Assembly (NCBI GenBank): GCA_963737655.1
Contig: CAVTTN010000002.1
Location: forward strand, 4,320,001-4,384,000
Source of the DNA: an uncultured Planctomycetota bacterium
GTDB lineage: Bacteria; Planctomycetota; Planctomycetia; Isosphaerales; Isosphaeraceae
Direction: 5' to 3'
DNA length: 64,000 bases
Positions within the stretch are counted from its first letter, which is position 1. Every line of letters begins with the position of its first letter. The translations under genes were made by a program, and so were the position numbers. Below, in pieces: positions 41,978-51,344 of this stretch. A model generated the notes under the pieces. The model saw nothing but the letters and a program-made list of their open reading frames with translations. It was not told the origin of the DNA and did no database searches.

Positions 41978-43483
41978 ATGAGCGTGCCCGTCCCCCGCCG
42001 CGATTTCCTCAAGACCTCGGCCGCCGTCGGCCTCGGCGCCGGCCTCGGCCGGGCGGCCCTCGGCCTGGCCCCGGCCTCCGCCTCCGCGATGGCGGTGAAG
42101 CCCGAGAGCGTCCGGTTCCGGCCCGAGATCGAGCCGGTCGTTCGGATGATCGAGGACACGTCCCGCGAGAAAGCGATCGAGGCCGTCCTCGACGCGATGA
42201 AGAAGGGCCTCTCCTATCGCGACCTGATGGCGGGCCTGTTCCTGGCCGGGATTCGCGACATCCAGCCCCGGCCCGTCGGGTTCAAGTTCCATGCGGTGAT
42301 GGTGATCCACTCGGCCCACCTCCTCGCCCAGTCGGCCGGGGCCGAGGATCGCCTCCTGCCCATGCTCTGGGCCCTGGACAACTTCAAGAACTCCCAGGCG
42401 CAGGACGTGAAGGAAGGGGACTGGACCCTCTCGGCCGTGGACGAGGGCCACTTGCCCTCGCCTTCGCAGGCGAAATCCGCGCTGGTCGAGGCGATGGACG
42501 CGTGGGACGCCGACAAGGCCGACTCCGCGACCGCGGCCCTCTGCCGATCGGCCGGCGCGGCGGAGGTCATGGAGCCATTCTGGAGGTACGGCGTCCGGGA
42601 TTTCCGCGACATCGGCCACAAGGCGATCTTCGCCGCCCAGAGCTGGCGGACCCTCCAGGCGATCGGCTGGCCCCACGCCGAACCCGTCCTCCGCTCGCTC
42701 GCCTTCGGCCTCCTGGACCGTCGCGGCCAGCCGGGACGCAACGCCGAAGGGCCGTATGAGGCGAACCTGGAGAACGCGAAGAAGGTCCGCGACGGCTGGA
42801 CCGTCGGCAAGGACGACCCGGAGGCCGCCCGGAGCTTGCTGGAGACGCTCCGCACCGCATCGCCCGAGGCCGCCTGTTCGGAAGCCGTGGCCCTGTTGAA
42901 TCGGGGGATCGCGCCCGAGTCCCTGTGGGATTCGGTCGTCCTCTTCGGGAGCGAACAGTTGCTGAAGAAGCCGGGGATCGTGCCCTTGCACGCGATGACC
43001 TCGGCCAACGCCCTGCACTTCATCTTCGGCGCCAGCGGCGACGACCTCACCAGGAAGCTCTCGCTGTTGCAGGCCGTGGGCTGGCAGACCCTGTTCCGGG
43101 ACGCCTCCGGAGCGAAGGGGGACATGAAGCTCGACGGCCTGGAGCCGGCCGATTCGCCGTCGTCCGACGCCGTGGCCGAGGTGTTCTCCACCATCAAGGA
43201 GAGCCGGCCCAGGGCCGCGAGCCGGGCCCTGGCGTTCCTGGCCCGGGGCGGGTCGGTCGAGACGATCTTCGCCGAGGGACGGAGCCTGATCTTCCGCAAG
43301 GGCCGAGACAGCCACGACTACAAGTACGCCGCAGCCGCCTGGGAAGAGGCGAGGCTCGCCTCCGACCCGAGATGGCACGCCCCGCTCGCCGCCGCCTCGC
43401 TCGCCTACGTCCCCAGCCCCGAGGCCCCCGACAGCCCGCTCATGAATCGGGCCCGCGAGGCGCTGAAGGGGTTGGGCGGCTAA
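41978..43483 (+). CDS. Tat-exported hypothetical protein with repeated His motifs
   Basis: RRDFLK; FHAVMVIHS, DIGHKAI, LHAMTSANA, DSHDYKY. Confidence 0.8.
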   Translation: MSVPVPRRDFLKTSAAVGLGAGLGRAALGLAPASASAMAVKPESVRFRPEIEPVVRMIEDTSREKAIEAVLDAMKKGLSYRDLMAGLFLAGIRDIQPRPVGFKFHAVMVIHSAHLLAQSAGAEDRLLPMLWALDNFKNSQAQDVKEGDWTLSAVDEGHLPSPSQAKSALVEAMDAWDADKADSATAALCRSAGAAEVMEPFWRYGVRDFRDIGHKAIFAAQSWRTLQAIGWPHAEPVLRSLAFGLLDRRGQPGRNAEGPYEANLENAKKVRDGWTVGKDDPEAARSLLETLRTASPEAACSEAVALLNRGIAPESLWDSVVLFGSEQLLKKPGIVPLHAMTSANALHFIFGASGDDLTRKLSLLQAVGWQTLFRDASGAKGDMKLDGLEPADSPSSDAVAEVFSTIKESRPRAASRALAFLARGGSVETIFAEGRSLIFRKGRDSHDYKYAAAAWEEARLASDPRWHAPLAAASLAYVPSPEAPDSPLMNRAREALKGLGG

Positions 43484-43486
43484 ACG

Positions 43487-43562
43487 TGGCGTCGGCCAAA
43501 AATGGTGTCAGATCTATTCTTGTAACCAAAAATAGATCTGACACCATTTTTGGCCGACGCCA
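43487..43562. repeat. Perfect 32-bp AT-rich inverted repeat between convergent genes
   Basis: TGGCGTCGGCCAAAAATGGTGTCAGATCTATT (43487-43518) and its reverse complement (43531-43562). Confidence 0.92.
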
Positions 43563-43583
43563 ATTCCCCCCATTTTCCATTTC

Positions 43584-44060
43584 TCAGCCCATGATTGCCT
43601 TGTACGCCGCGACGGCCATCCGGTCGCAGGCTTCGTTCTCGGGGTGGCCGCTGTGCCCGAGGACGATCTTGACCTCGATCTTGTGCTTCTCGGCCACCTC
43701 GTCGAGCCTTTGCCAGAGGTCCACATTGCCCACGGGCTTGAACGTCTTGCCTTCCTTGCGTCGCCAGCCGTTGGCCTTCCACTTCGGCCTCCAGTCGCGA
43801 TAGCCCTTGCCGACGTATTCGCTGTCGGTCACGAGCTCGACCCGGCAAGGCTTCTTCAGCGAGGCGAGGCCCTCGATGGCGGCGGTCAGTTCCATCCGAT
43901 TGTTCGTCGTCAGCTCCTCGGCGCCCGAGGCGGAGGTCTCCTTGCCGCTGGCCGGGTGCTGAAGGATGAAGGCCCAGCCTCCGGGGCCGGGATTGCCGCT
44001 ACAGGCGCCGTCGGTGAACAGGCGGACGAAATCGCTCGGAGTGGTCGGTTCTGCCGTCAT
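43584..44060 (-). CDS. rnhA: Ribonuclease HI
   Basis: FTDGACSGNPGPGGW, TTNNRMEL, TDSEY, GHSGHPENEACD. Confidence 0.97.
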   Translation of the reverse strand: MTAEPTTPSDFVRLFTDGACSGNPGPGGWAFILQHPASGKETSASGAEELTTNNRMELTAAIEGLASLKKPCRVELVTDSEYVGKGYRDWRPKWKANGWRRKEGKTFKPVGNVDLWQRLDEVAEKHKIEVKIVLGHSGHPENEACDRMAVAAYKAIMG

Positions 44061-44119
44061 GGCGAGGGGTGCGGGCCCTCGGGGAGGTGATCCCGAAGGG
44101 CCCGGCGTCCTTCCGTCGA

Positions 44120-44725
44120 TTAATACTTCCGGACGACCCCGGCCAGGATCCCCAAGATCGTGACGTTGTCGCGGAAGATGGGCTTCATGGTCTTGTTCGC
44201 GGGTTCGAGCCTCACGCGGTTCTTCTCGCGATAGAACCGCTTGAGGGTGGCGCCTCCCTCGTCGTCCAGGACGGCCACGATCTGGCCGTCCCGGGCGACT
44301 TCCTGGCGCTGGATGATCACGAAGTCGCCGTCGGCGATGTGTTCCTCGATCATGCTCTCGCCGGTGACCTGCAAGACGAACTTCTCTTCGTTCGCCTCCC
44401 AGTCCTCGAACCCGAACTCCTCGGCGTCCTCGACCGCTTCGAGGGGCTGGCCGGCGGCGATCCGCCCGAGGAGCTTCAGGGAGGTGTGGGGCCGGGTGGC
44501 GGGCTCCTGCATGAGCTGGATGGCGCGAGACATGTTGGCCTCGCGGTGGATCAGGCCCTTCTTCTGGAGGGCCTTGAGGTGGCACATCACGCCGTTCGGG
44601 CTGCGGATGCCGAACTCGTTGCCGATCTCGCGGACCGTCGGGCCGTAGCCCCGGCCCTGGATCTTGCCTCGGATGAACTCGTAGATCTCTCGCTGGCGGG
44701 ACGTCAGGGCTTCGAGGTCGGCCAT
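44120..44725 (-). CDS. lexA: SOS repressor LexA
   Basis: PTVREIG HTH, IAAG cleavage site, GESM (Ser) and TLKR (Lys). Confidence 0.97.
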   Translation of the reverse strand: MADLEALTSRQREIYEFIRGKIQGRGYGPTVREIGNEFGIRSPNGVMCHLKALQKKGLIHREANMSRAIQLMQEPATRPHTSLKLLGRIAAGQPLEAVEDAEEFGFEDWEANEEKFVLQVTGESMIEEHIADGDFVIIQRQEVARDGQIVAVLDDEGGATLKRFYREKNRVRLEPANKTMKPIFRDNVTILGILAGVVRKY

Positions 44726-44908
44726 CGGTGGGGCCTCCGGGGGTCGCGATCGGAGAGAGGAATCCCGACGGGCCTCGGCTCGATCGGGCGGGACCGGGCG
44801 GGTTCGCCCTTACGGACGATCACCACCTGACCCTTTGCCCGCTAATGTACAATGGTCGTCTAGCGCACGCGAGAACATTTTCCAAAAAATTCCATAGGCC
44901 CGGCCCGA

Positions 44909-46105
44909 TCACTTCACGGGCGGGGGCGTCGGGAGCCGGGGTTCGGCCTTCGAGGGGGTCTCGCCCATCAGGCGCTCCAGGGTCGGCTGGACCTCGGCCA
45001 GGTCCACCCCATAATCCACCAGGCGGCCGTCCCGGTCGATCACGAGCTTGTACGGGATCACCTGGAGGCCGTATTCCAGGAGCAGTTGGGCCTTCATGTT
45101 GGGCCCGGTGGTGGGGGAGAAGATCTGCGGCCAGTCCAGCTTCTGCTCGGCCATGATCTTCATCGACGCCTCGGGGACGGGGTCGACGCAGATGCCCAGG
45201 ACCGCGAAATCCTTGCCCTTCCAGCGCTTGCGAAGCTCCTCGATCCGAGGGATCTCCGCATTGCAGGGGACGCACCCGGTCCCCCAGAAGTCCACCAGGA
45301 GGAGCTTGCCCCGGAAGTCCTCGACGGAGACGGTCTGGCCGTCCCGGCCGGGTCCCTTGATGTCGGTGACGACCTTCCCTTTCTGGTCGATCCGGTGGAC
45401 GGCCCCCTTGGAGACCGGCGCCACGGGGTTGGTGGGGAAGCGGTCGGCCAGGGTCTCGTACAGCGACCGGGCGGTGGCGAAATCGCGGATCAGGATCTCG
45501 CTCTTCTTGGCGATGTCGTTCAGGACATCCGGTGCCTCGGGAGGCGGCGGGGTGTAGCCGGAGAGATGGATAATCGCCTTGGCCATCCTCGGATAGGTCT
45601 TCGGCCAGTCCTCGCGAGGGGCGATCTGGCAGATCCGGCCCAGGGCGCGGACCCTCTCCCTCGCGGCGATGGCGGCCACGCCGGTCTTGGGGTTGTCGGC
45701 CTCGATCCGTTCCGAGGCGGCGACCATCTTTTCCAGGGCCTGCGGATCGACTTCCTCGCGACGGCGGAGGGAATCCAGGTGGACGGCCGCGGCCTGCTCG
45801 CGGAGGTCCTTGGGCGCCCCGAGGTCATTCAGGATCGCGTCGGTCGTCTTCAAGAGGGCGTCGGTATACGCCAGGAGGATGGCCCGGGAGTGCTCGGGGT
45901 CCTCGGGCTCGGACTCCTGGAACTTCTTGCGGAGCTCCAGGATGTGCGACCATTGCGACTCGGGCGATCCGCTGGTCTGGGCCGGGAACTCGTCGGCCGG
46001 GGTCTTCGCCGACGAGCCCGAACCGCATCCGGGCAACGCCAGGACGGCCAGGGTCGCGAGGCTCGTGAGGATCGCCAGGAGGCGGGACCGCTCAGGGGGA
46101 TTCAT
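44909..46105 (-). CDS. TlpA-like thioredoxin-fold lipoprotein
   Basis: Lipobox LPGC; C-terminal VDFWGTGCVPC and VIP. Confidence 0.85.
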   Translation of the reverse strand: MNPPERSRLLAILTSLATLAVLALPGCGSGSSAKTPADEFPAQTSGSPESQWSHILELRKKFQESEPEDPEHSRAILLAYTDALLKTTDAILNDLGAPKDLREQAAAVHLDSLRRREEVDPQALEKMVAASERIEADNPKTGVAAIAARERVRALGRICQIAPREDWPKTYPRMAKAIIHLSGYTPPPPEAPDVLNDIAKKSEILIRDFATARSLYETLADRFPTNPVAPVSKGAVHRIDQKGKVVTDIKGPGRDGQTVSVEDFRGKLLLVDFWGTGCVPCNAEIPRIEELRKRWKGKDFAVLGICVDPVPEASMKIMAEQKLDWPQIFSPTTGPNMKAQLLLEYGLQVIPYKLVIDRDGRLVDYGVDLAEVQPTLERLMGETPSKAEPRLPTPPPVK

Positions 46106-46281
46106 CGGACGATCCGGAAGGGATGAGGGCTTCGAAAGGCTTCCCGGTCCATGAAGGCCGAAGGATGAGGGCAGGGCCCTCGCAGGTGGGGCCGTTCATG
46201 CCCCCTACTTGCTTGCCGGGCCGAGGGCGGCGCGGTACACCTTCGGACCGTCGATCCTACCCGAGACGGCCGAGGCCCGCC

Positions 46282-47079
46282 ATGTCCCCCGCCCGAGTCC
46301 TGGCGATCCATGCCCATCCCGATGACGTCGAGTTCCAGTGCTCCGGGACGCTCGCCCTCCTGGCCCGCGCCGGTCACCCGATCGCGATCGCCACCATGAC
46401 CCCGGGCGATTGCGGGTCGGCCGAGCACGACGCCGAGGCGATTTCCGCCATCCGTCGCGACGAGGCCAGGGCCGCCGCCTCCCTGATCGGCGCCGAATAT
46501 CATTGCCTGGAGTTCCGCGACCTGTCGATCTTCAGCGACGACCCGTCGCGGAGGCGAGTCGTCGAGTTCGTCCGAAGAATCCGGCCGGAGATCGTCCTGA
46601 CCGCCCCTCCGATCGACTACATGGCCGACCACGAGGCGACCAGCGCCCTGGTCCGAGACGCCCTGTTCGCCGCCAGCGCCCCGAACTACGCCACCCGGCA
46701 ATGGGAGCCCGCGGCCCCTCTCGACGCCATCCCCCACCTGTACTTCGTGGACCCGGTCGAGGGCGTCGATCACGACGGCAACCCCGTGCCCGTGGGCTTC
46801 TTCGTGGACGTCTCCGAGGTCGCGCCCATCCGCCGGGCGATGCTCGCCTGCCACGCCAGCCAGAGGAACTGGCTGATCCGCCAGCACGGGATGGACGAAT
46901 ACCTGGAGAGCCAATCGCAGTGGTCGGCCAAGCGAGGCCAGGAGATCGGAGTCGCCCACGCCGAGGCCTTCCGCCAGTACCTCGGCCACCCCTACCCCAG
47001 GACCAATCGCCTCCTGCAACTCCTCGAAGAAGCGCAGGCGAACTGCCGGACCATCGCCCCCCGGCCGCCCGCGACCTGA
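46282..47079 (+). CDS. PIG-L/LmbE family deacetylase
   Basis: HAHPDDVE, DYMADH, CHASQ, AEAF. Confidence 0.92.
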   Translation: MSPARVLAIHAHPDDVEFQCSGTLALLARAGHPIAIATMTPGDCGSAEHDAEAISAIRRDEARAAASLIGAEYHCLEFRDLSIFSDDPSRRRVVEFVRRIRPEIVLTAPPIDYMADHEATSALVRDALFAASAPNYATRQWEPAAPLDAIPHLYFVDPVEGVDHDGNPVPVGFFVDVSEVAPIRRAMLACHASQRNWLIRQHGMDEYLESQSQWSAKRGQEIGVAHAEAFRQYLGHPYPRTNRLLQLLEEAQANCRTIAPRPPAT

Positions 47080-47087
47080 TCCTCCGA

Positions 47088-47405
47088 TCATCGGGGAAGC
47101 GACCCGAACGTTCGGGCCAGCATCACGGCCATCAGGACCAGGCCCAGGCCGAGCGGGACGACGTGGATCGTCTTCCGCAGGTCAAAAGTCCCGACGCGGC
47201 AAAGCAGCAAGTAAGCCGCCACGAGGTTCGCCGACGCCCAAAGCACGTTCACCATCGGCGGCGACATCCCCTTCCCCGGAGGCGAGGCGAACGGCGAAGG
47301 GAACGGGAGCCCCGAGACCCCGGCGACGAGGTGGGGCAGGCAATTCATCAGGAACGCGCCGCCGAAAAAGTAGGCGATGATGTGATACCAGCGGGTCTCC
47401 GGCAC
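47088..47405 (-). CDS. Small membrane protein
   Basis: About 3 TM segments; NCLPHLVAG, FPSPFASPPG, NVLWA. Confidence 0.75.
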   Translation of the reverse strand: MPETRWYHIIAYFFGGAFLMNCLPHLVAGVSGLPFPSPFASPPGKGMSPPMVNVLWASANLVAAYLLLCRVGTFDLRKTIHVVPLGLGLVLMAVMLARTFGSLPR

Positions 47406-47457
47406 GCTCGCACTCCTCCATGAATACTCGATCGGAGAGTCTTGTCGAGATCGGGTC

Positions 47458-47799
47458 TCAAATCGCGAGAAGGACTCGTAGCCTGTCTTCCACCTCGGCG
47501 ATCGTCTCGGAGGAAGCTCGACCCCAGTGGTCGATCAGTCGATCCTTGGAGATCGATCGGACGTCCTCGCATTTCGCGAAGCTCGTCGTTCGAAGGCCGC
47601 CTTCGGGCGGTTCCATCCGAACGTGCGACGCGACCCTCTTGGCGACACTCGTGATGGGCAGGACGATGATCAGGCCGGACGGACCCCGGTTGAAGCCGTC
47701 GGCCGAGACGATCAGGGCCGGGCGGGTTCCCGCCTGCTCCCGGCCTCGGGTCGGGCTGAAGTCGGCGAGCCACACGTCGCCTCGGGAGGGGTCGGGCAC
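47458..47799 (-). CDS. mazF: PemK/MazF family toxin
   Basis: RGDVWLADFSPTRGREQAGTRPALIVS, PITS. Confidence 0.92.
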   Translation of the reverse strand: MPDPSRGDVWLADFSPTRGREQAGTRPALIVSADGFNRGPSGLIIVLPITSVAKRVASHVRMEPPEGGLRTTSFAKCEDVRSISKDRLIDHWGRASSETIAEVEDRLRVLLAI

Positions 47800-47802
47800 G
47801 GC

Positions 47803-48039
47803 TCACCCCTCCTCGAATCCATCGCCGAGCGTACCTTCGATCGCGGCTCGTTCCTGGAGCTCGGCGTCCCAGGCTTCGGGGTCGGAGCGGAGGGCGGCGA
47901 ACCCGTCGTTGATCTCCTCGAGCAGTCTCTGACGCCGCAAGACCTCGACGGCCTCGGCGATCACGGCGTCCACCGGCCCATTGCCGGCGAGACGTCGAGC
48001 CGCTTCATACGTGGCATCCGGTACCTGGATCGTCTGCAT
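47803..48039 (-). CDS. Cognate antitoxin (RHH-like)
   Basis: 78 aa immediately upstream of mazF; acidic C-terminus. Confidence 0.8.
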   Translation of the reverse strand: MQTIQVPDATYEAARRLAGNGPVDAVIAEAVEVLRRQRLLEEINDGFAALRSDPEAWDAELQERAAIEGTLGDGFEEG

Positions 48040-48092
48040 CGATAACCCCCGGAGGCTGGTGACGTCCGCCAATCGAAGGATCTGGCTGGCGT

Positions 48093-48147
48093 CGATCGCC
48101 GTTCACCATCGGATTCAGCACGACGATTTTTCGGTGAACGGCGATCG
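48093..48147. repeat. 15-bp perfect inverted repeat upstream of the TA operon
   Basis: CGATCGCCGTTCACC ... GGTGAACGGCGATCG. Confidence 0.7.
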
Positions 48148-48261
48148 CCCCGCCATCTCGGCGGAAAAACAGGCCAGGGCCTGACCTAGGTTTCCGATAT
48201 CTTCGCGCTCTCAGATCGTGGTTTCAACGGAAGAGAACCTGCATCCTGGAACTGGCCCGGA

Positions 48262-48675
48262 TCAATCAATGGAATCGGCAGTGTAAACCCCGACGATCCG
48301 CGGAGGATCGCCGTCCACTGCGACGATCAACGCCCTGCGTGACGAGTCCACGGCGCCGGGGTTGTACGGGAGCGGGATCGACCAGCAGTATTCTGTCGAA
48401 CCGCCGGGATGTTCGACCGTCACCCGGGCCGTGGCCAGGATGGTCGAATATCGCGAAACGAGGTCGCCCTTTTCGAAGCAATTCACGAAGGCGATTGTGA
48501 CGTCTCGGTAGGCTTCCTTCGGAAATCCGCGATCCCGGAATGCCAGGAAGCGTCGCTGGGCCTCGCGGCGCTCGGACTCCGGCGATTCCCGATCCCGGGA
48601 GACCGGGATGCCTTTCTCGGCGCAACCCGCGCCCAGACCGCCGGAGAGACCGAGAATCAGGAGTGTGCGACGCAT
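48262..48675 (-). CDS. Hypothetical lipoprotein
   Basis: MRRTLLILGLSGGLGAGC lipobox-like start. Confidence 0.6.
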   Translation of the reverse strand: MRRTLLILGLSGGLGAGCAEKGIPVSRDRESPESERREAQRRFLAFRDRGFPKEAYRDVTIAFVNCFEKGDLVSRYSTILATARVTVEHPGGSTEYCWSIPLPYNPGAVDSSRRALIVAVDGDPPRIVGVYTADSID

Positions 48676-48932
48676 GGGATTCGAGGCCCCGGGTCGAGGA
48701 TCAGCGAATCAGGCGGCAAGACCGAGGACCATGCGGTTTGTTCCCTCGTTCGAGCATCCCAAAATCCCATGACCTCGACAAGGTCCGGTCGAGGGACGTC
48801 GAGGAACCCTCCGTTTGCACCTCCGACCAGGATCTCCGAACCGGCCGGTTCCCTCGGGGCGAGGCGTCCGGTAGGATCACGCCTCTCTCCTCGCCGGAGC
48901 GACCCGGCGCGGCCCCTGGAGGAATCCTTGCC

Positions 48933-50507
48933 ATGCGACCGACCATCTCCCGACGCGCGGCCCTGGGGACCCTGGCCGCGGCGTCCGCTTCGGCCGCATT
49001 GGTCCCGGCCTGGGCGCGTTCTCGCGATTCGGCGGCGTCGGTGGATGTGTTGCTGGAGGAGCCGGTCGGCACGATCTCGCCGAATCTTCATGGCCAGTTC
49101 GCCGAGCATATCGGCGGCGTGATCTATGATGGGATCTGGGTCGGGCCCGACTCCAAGATCCCCAACGTCCGGGGCATCCGCAGGGCGATCATCGACGGCG
49201 TGAGACGGCTGGGGCCGGTGGTGGTCCGCTGGCCGGGCGGCTGTTTTGCCGACAAGTACCACTGGCGGGATGGGATCGGCCCTCGCGACAAGCGCCCCCG
49301 TCGATTCGGCCGATGGCGCGAGGAGACCGAGCCGAACACGTTCGGCACTCGCGAGTTCGTCGATTTCTGCCGATTGAGCGGCACCGAGCCGTATTTCGCC
49401 GCGAACGTGGGGACCGGTTCGCCCGAGGAGTTCCAGTCCTGGGTCGAGTACTGCAACGCCCCCGCCGGATCGACCACCCTGGCCGACGAGCGCGTCGCCA
49501 ACGGCGACGAAAAACCGTTCGGCATCCGCTACTGGGGCGTGGGCAATGAAAGCTGGGGCTGCGGCGGCAAGTTCACCCCCGAGGACTATTGCCGCGAATA
49601 TCGCAAATTCACCGAATGGGTGCCGAACTACGGCGTCCCGCTTTACCTGATCGCCGCCGGGCCGAACGGCGACGACGTCGATTGGACCCGCCGGTTCTTC
49701 GCGAAGTGGGCCGACGGCGCCCGGGCGCCGATCCAGGGTTGGGCCCCGCATTACTACTGCGGCACGACCGGCCATGCCCTCAAGTTCTCGACCGACCAGT
49801 GGTACGAGATGCTCGCCAAGGCCGACCGGATGGAAGGCTTGCTGAAGAGGCAGTGGGACGCCCTCGGCGAGTTCGACCGCGAGCGGAAGATCAAGCTGAT
49901 CGTCGATGAATGGGGCGCGTGGCATCCCGAGGGGACCGAGATCAACCGGAGGCACCTGTACGAGCAGATGAGCACGTTGAGGGATGCCCTGGTGGCCGCT
50001 CTCACGCTCGACACCTTCCATCGCCATGCGGACAAGGTCGGGATGGCCAACGTCGCCCAGCTCGTCAACAACCTCCATTCGCTGTTCCTGGCCGACGGCG
50101 ACAAATTCGTCGCCACCCCGAATTTCCATGTTTTCGAGATGTACAAGTCGCATCAAGGCGGCAAGTCGGTCCGGGTGGCCGCGCAGTCCGAATCGGTCGA
50201 GTTCGGGAAGGGCGGGAAGGTCTTCCGGGTGGCGGGCTCGGCCTCGGTGAAGGACCGGAACCTCGTCGTGACCCTGGTCCATACCCACGCCTCGGAACCT
50301 TTGGAGATCGACGTCCGGCTGAAGGGTGGCCAGGGCGAGGGGACGGGTCGAATTGTCCTCACGAATGAGAGCCTGAACGCTCATAACACGTTCGAATCGC
50401 CCGAAGTGGTGATGCCGAAGCCGATGCCGTTCGAGGCGAAGGGCGGGACGTTGCGATGCACGCTGCCGCCGGCCTCGGTGACCCGGCTGGACGTCCGCCT
50501 GATTTGA
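48933..50507 (+). CDS. abfA: Tat-exported alpha-L-arabinofuranosidase (GH51)
   Basis: GQFAEH, RWPGGCFAD, WGVGNE, VDEWGAW, ANVAQLVN. Confidence 0.9.
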   Translation: MRPTISRRAALGTLAAASASAALVPAWARSRDSAASVDVLLEEPVGTISPNLHGQFAEHIGGVIYDGIWVGPDSKIPNVRGIRRAIIDGVRRLGPVVVRWPGGCFADKYHWRDGIGPRDKRPRRFGRWREETEPNTFGTREFVDFCRLSGTEPYFAANVGTGSPEEFQSWVEYCNAPAGSTTLADERVANGDEKPFGIRYWGVGNESWGCGGKFTPEDYCREYRKFTEWVPNYGVPLYLIAAGPNGDDVDWTRRFFAKWADGARAPIQGWAPHYYCGTTGHALKFSTDQWYEMLAKADRMEGLLKRQWDALGEFDRERKIKLIVDEWGAWHPEGTEINRRHLYEQMSTLRDALVAALTLDTFHRHADKVGMANVAQLVNNLHSLFLADGDKFVATPNFHVFEMYKSHQGGKSVRVAAQSESVEFGKGGKVFRVAGSASVKDRNLVVTLVHTHASEPLEIDVRLKGGQGEGTGRIVLTNESLNAHNTFESPEVVMPKPMPFEAKGGTLRCTLPPASVTRLDVRLI

Positions 50508-50532
50508 CCCCCTCGCTCGGGAGATTCGCCCG

Positions 50533-51282
50533 ATGGACCTGTCCGGGAAAGTCGCGATCGTCACCGGGGCCGCCTCGGGGATCGGCGAGGCGATCGTCCG
50601 CCTTTATGTCGAGAGCGGCGCACAGGTCGTCGCGGTCGACGCGAACCCGGCCGTCGAGACGATCGCGTGGCCCCATCGCGATTCGATCCGAACCGTCGTG
50701 GGAGACGTCTCCGAAGGCGAGGTGGCGGACCGTTACGCCAGGACGGCCGTCGAGGCGTTCGGCCGGGCCGACGTGATGGTCAACAACGCCGCGATCTCGG
50801 TCGTGAAGCCGATCCACGAGCATTCGCCCGAGGAGTGGGATCGGGTCTTCGCGGTGAACGTGAAGTCGATCTACCAGTCGGCCCGGGCGCTGGTGCCGCT
50901 CATGAAGGGGCAGAAATCGGGGCTCTTCCTCAACACCGGGTCGATTTCGAGCATGGTCGGCATCCCGGGCCAGGGGGCGTATGCGCCGTCGAAGGGGGCG
51001 GTGATCCAGATCACCCGGCAGATGGCCATCGAATACGCCGGCTGGGGCATTCGATCCAACGCCGTCTGCCCGGGGACCGTCGATACGCCGATGCTCCGCC
51101 GGGCCGCGGCCGATTCGGGCGACCCGTCCGCGTTCCTCTGCGGCCTGGAATCCGGCCATCCGATCGGCCGGATCGCGGCGGCCGAGGAGATCGCCGAGTT
51201 CTTCCTGTTCCTCGCCTCCGACCGCGCCCGGTTCTTCACCGGGGCGATCCTCATGATCGACGGCGGCTTCACGGCTCAGTGA
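50533..51282 (+). CDS. SDR family oxidoreductase
   Basis: TGAASGIG, NNAA, YAPSK, PGTVDT. Confidence 0.93.
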   Translation: MDLSGKVAIVTGAASGIGEAIVRLYVESGAQVVAVDANPAVETIAWPHRDSIRTVVGDVSEGEVADRYARTAVEAFGRADVMVNNAAISVVKPIHEHSPEEWDRVFAVNVKSIYQSARALVPLMKGQKSGLFLNTGSISSMVGIPGQGAYAPSKGAVIQITRQMAIEYAGWGIRSNAVCPGTVDTPMLRRAAADSGDPSAFLCGLESGHPIGRIAAAEEIAEFFLFLASDRARFFTGAILMIDGGFTAQ

Positions 51283-51344
51283 GAGAGAGGGACGGCGCCT
51301 CGGGGGCGTCCGTTCCGATTCCGCTCCGACACCTGGAGATTGCG

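Noticed and set aside
48093..48262. Integron attC sites around the small-gene islet
   Set aside because: No RYYYAAC...GTTRRRY pair with proper boxes, and no integrase.
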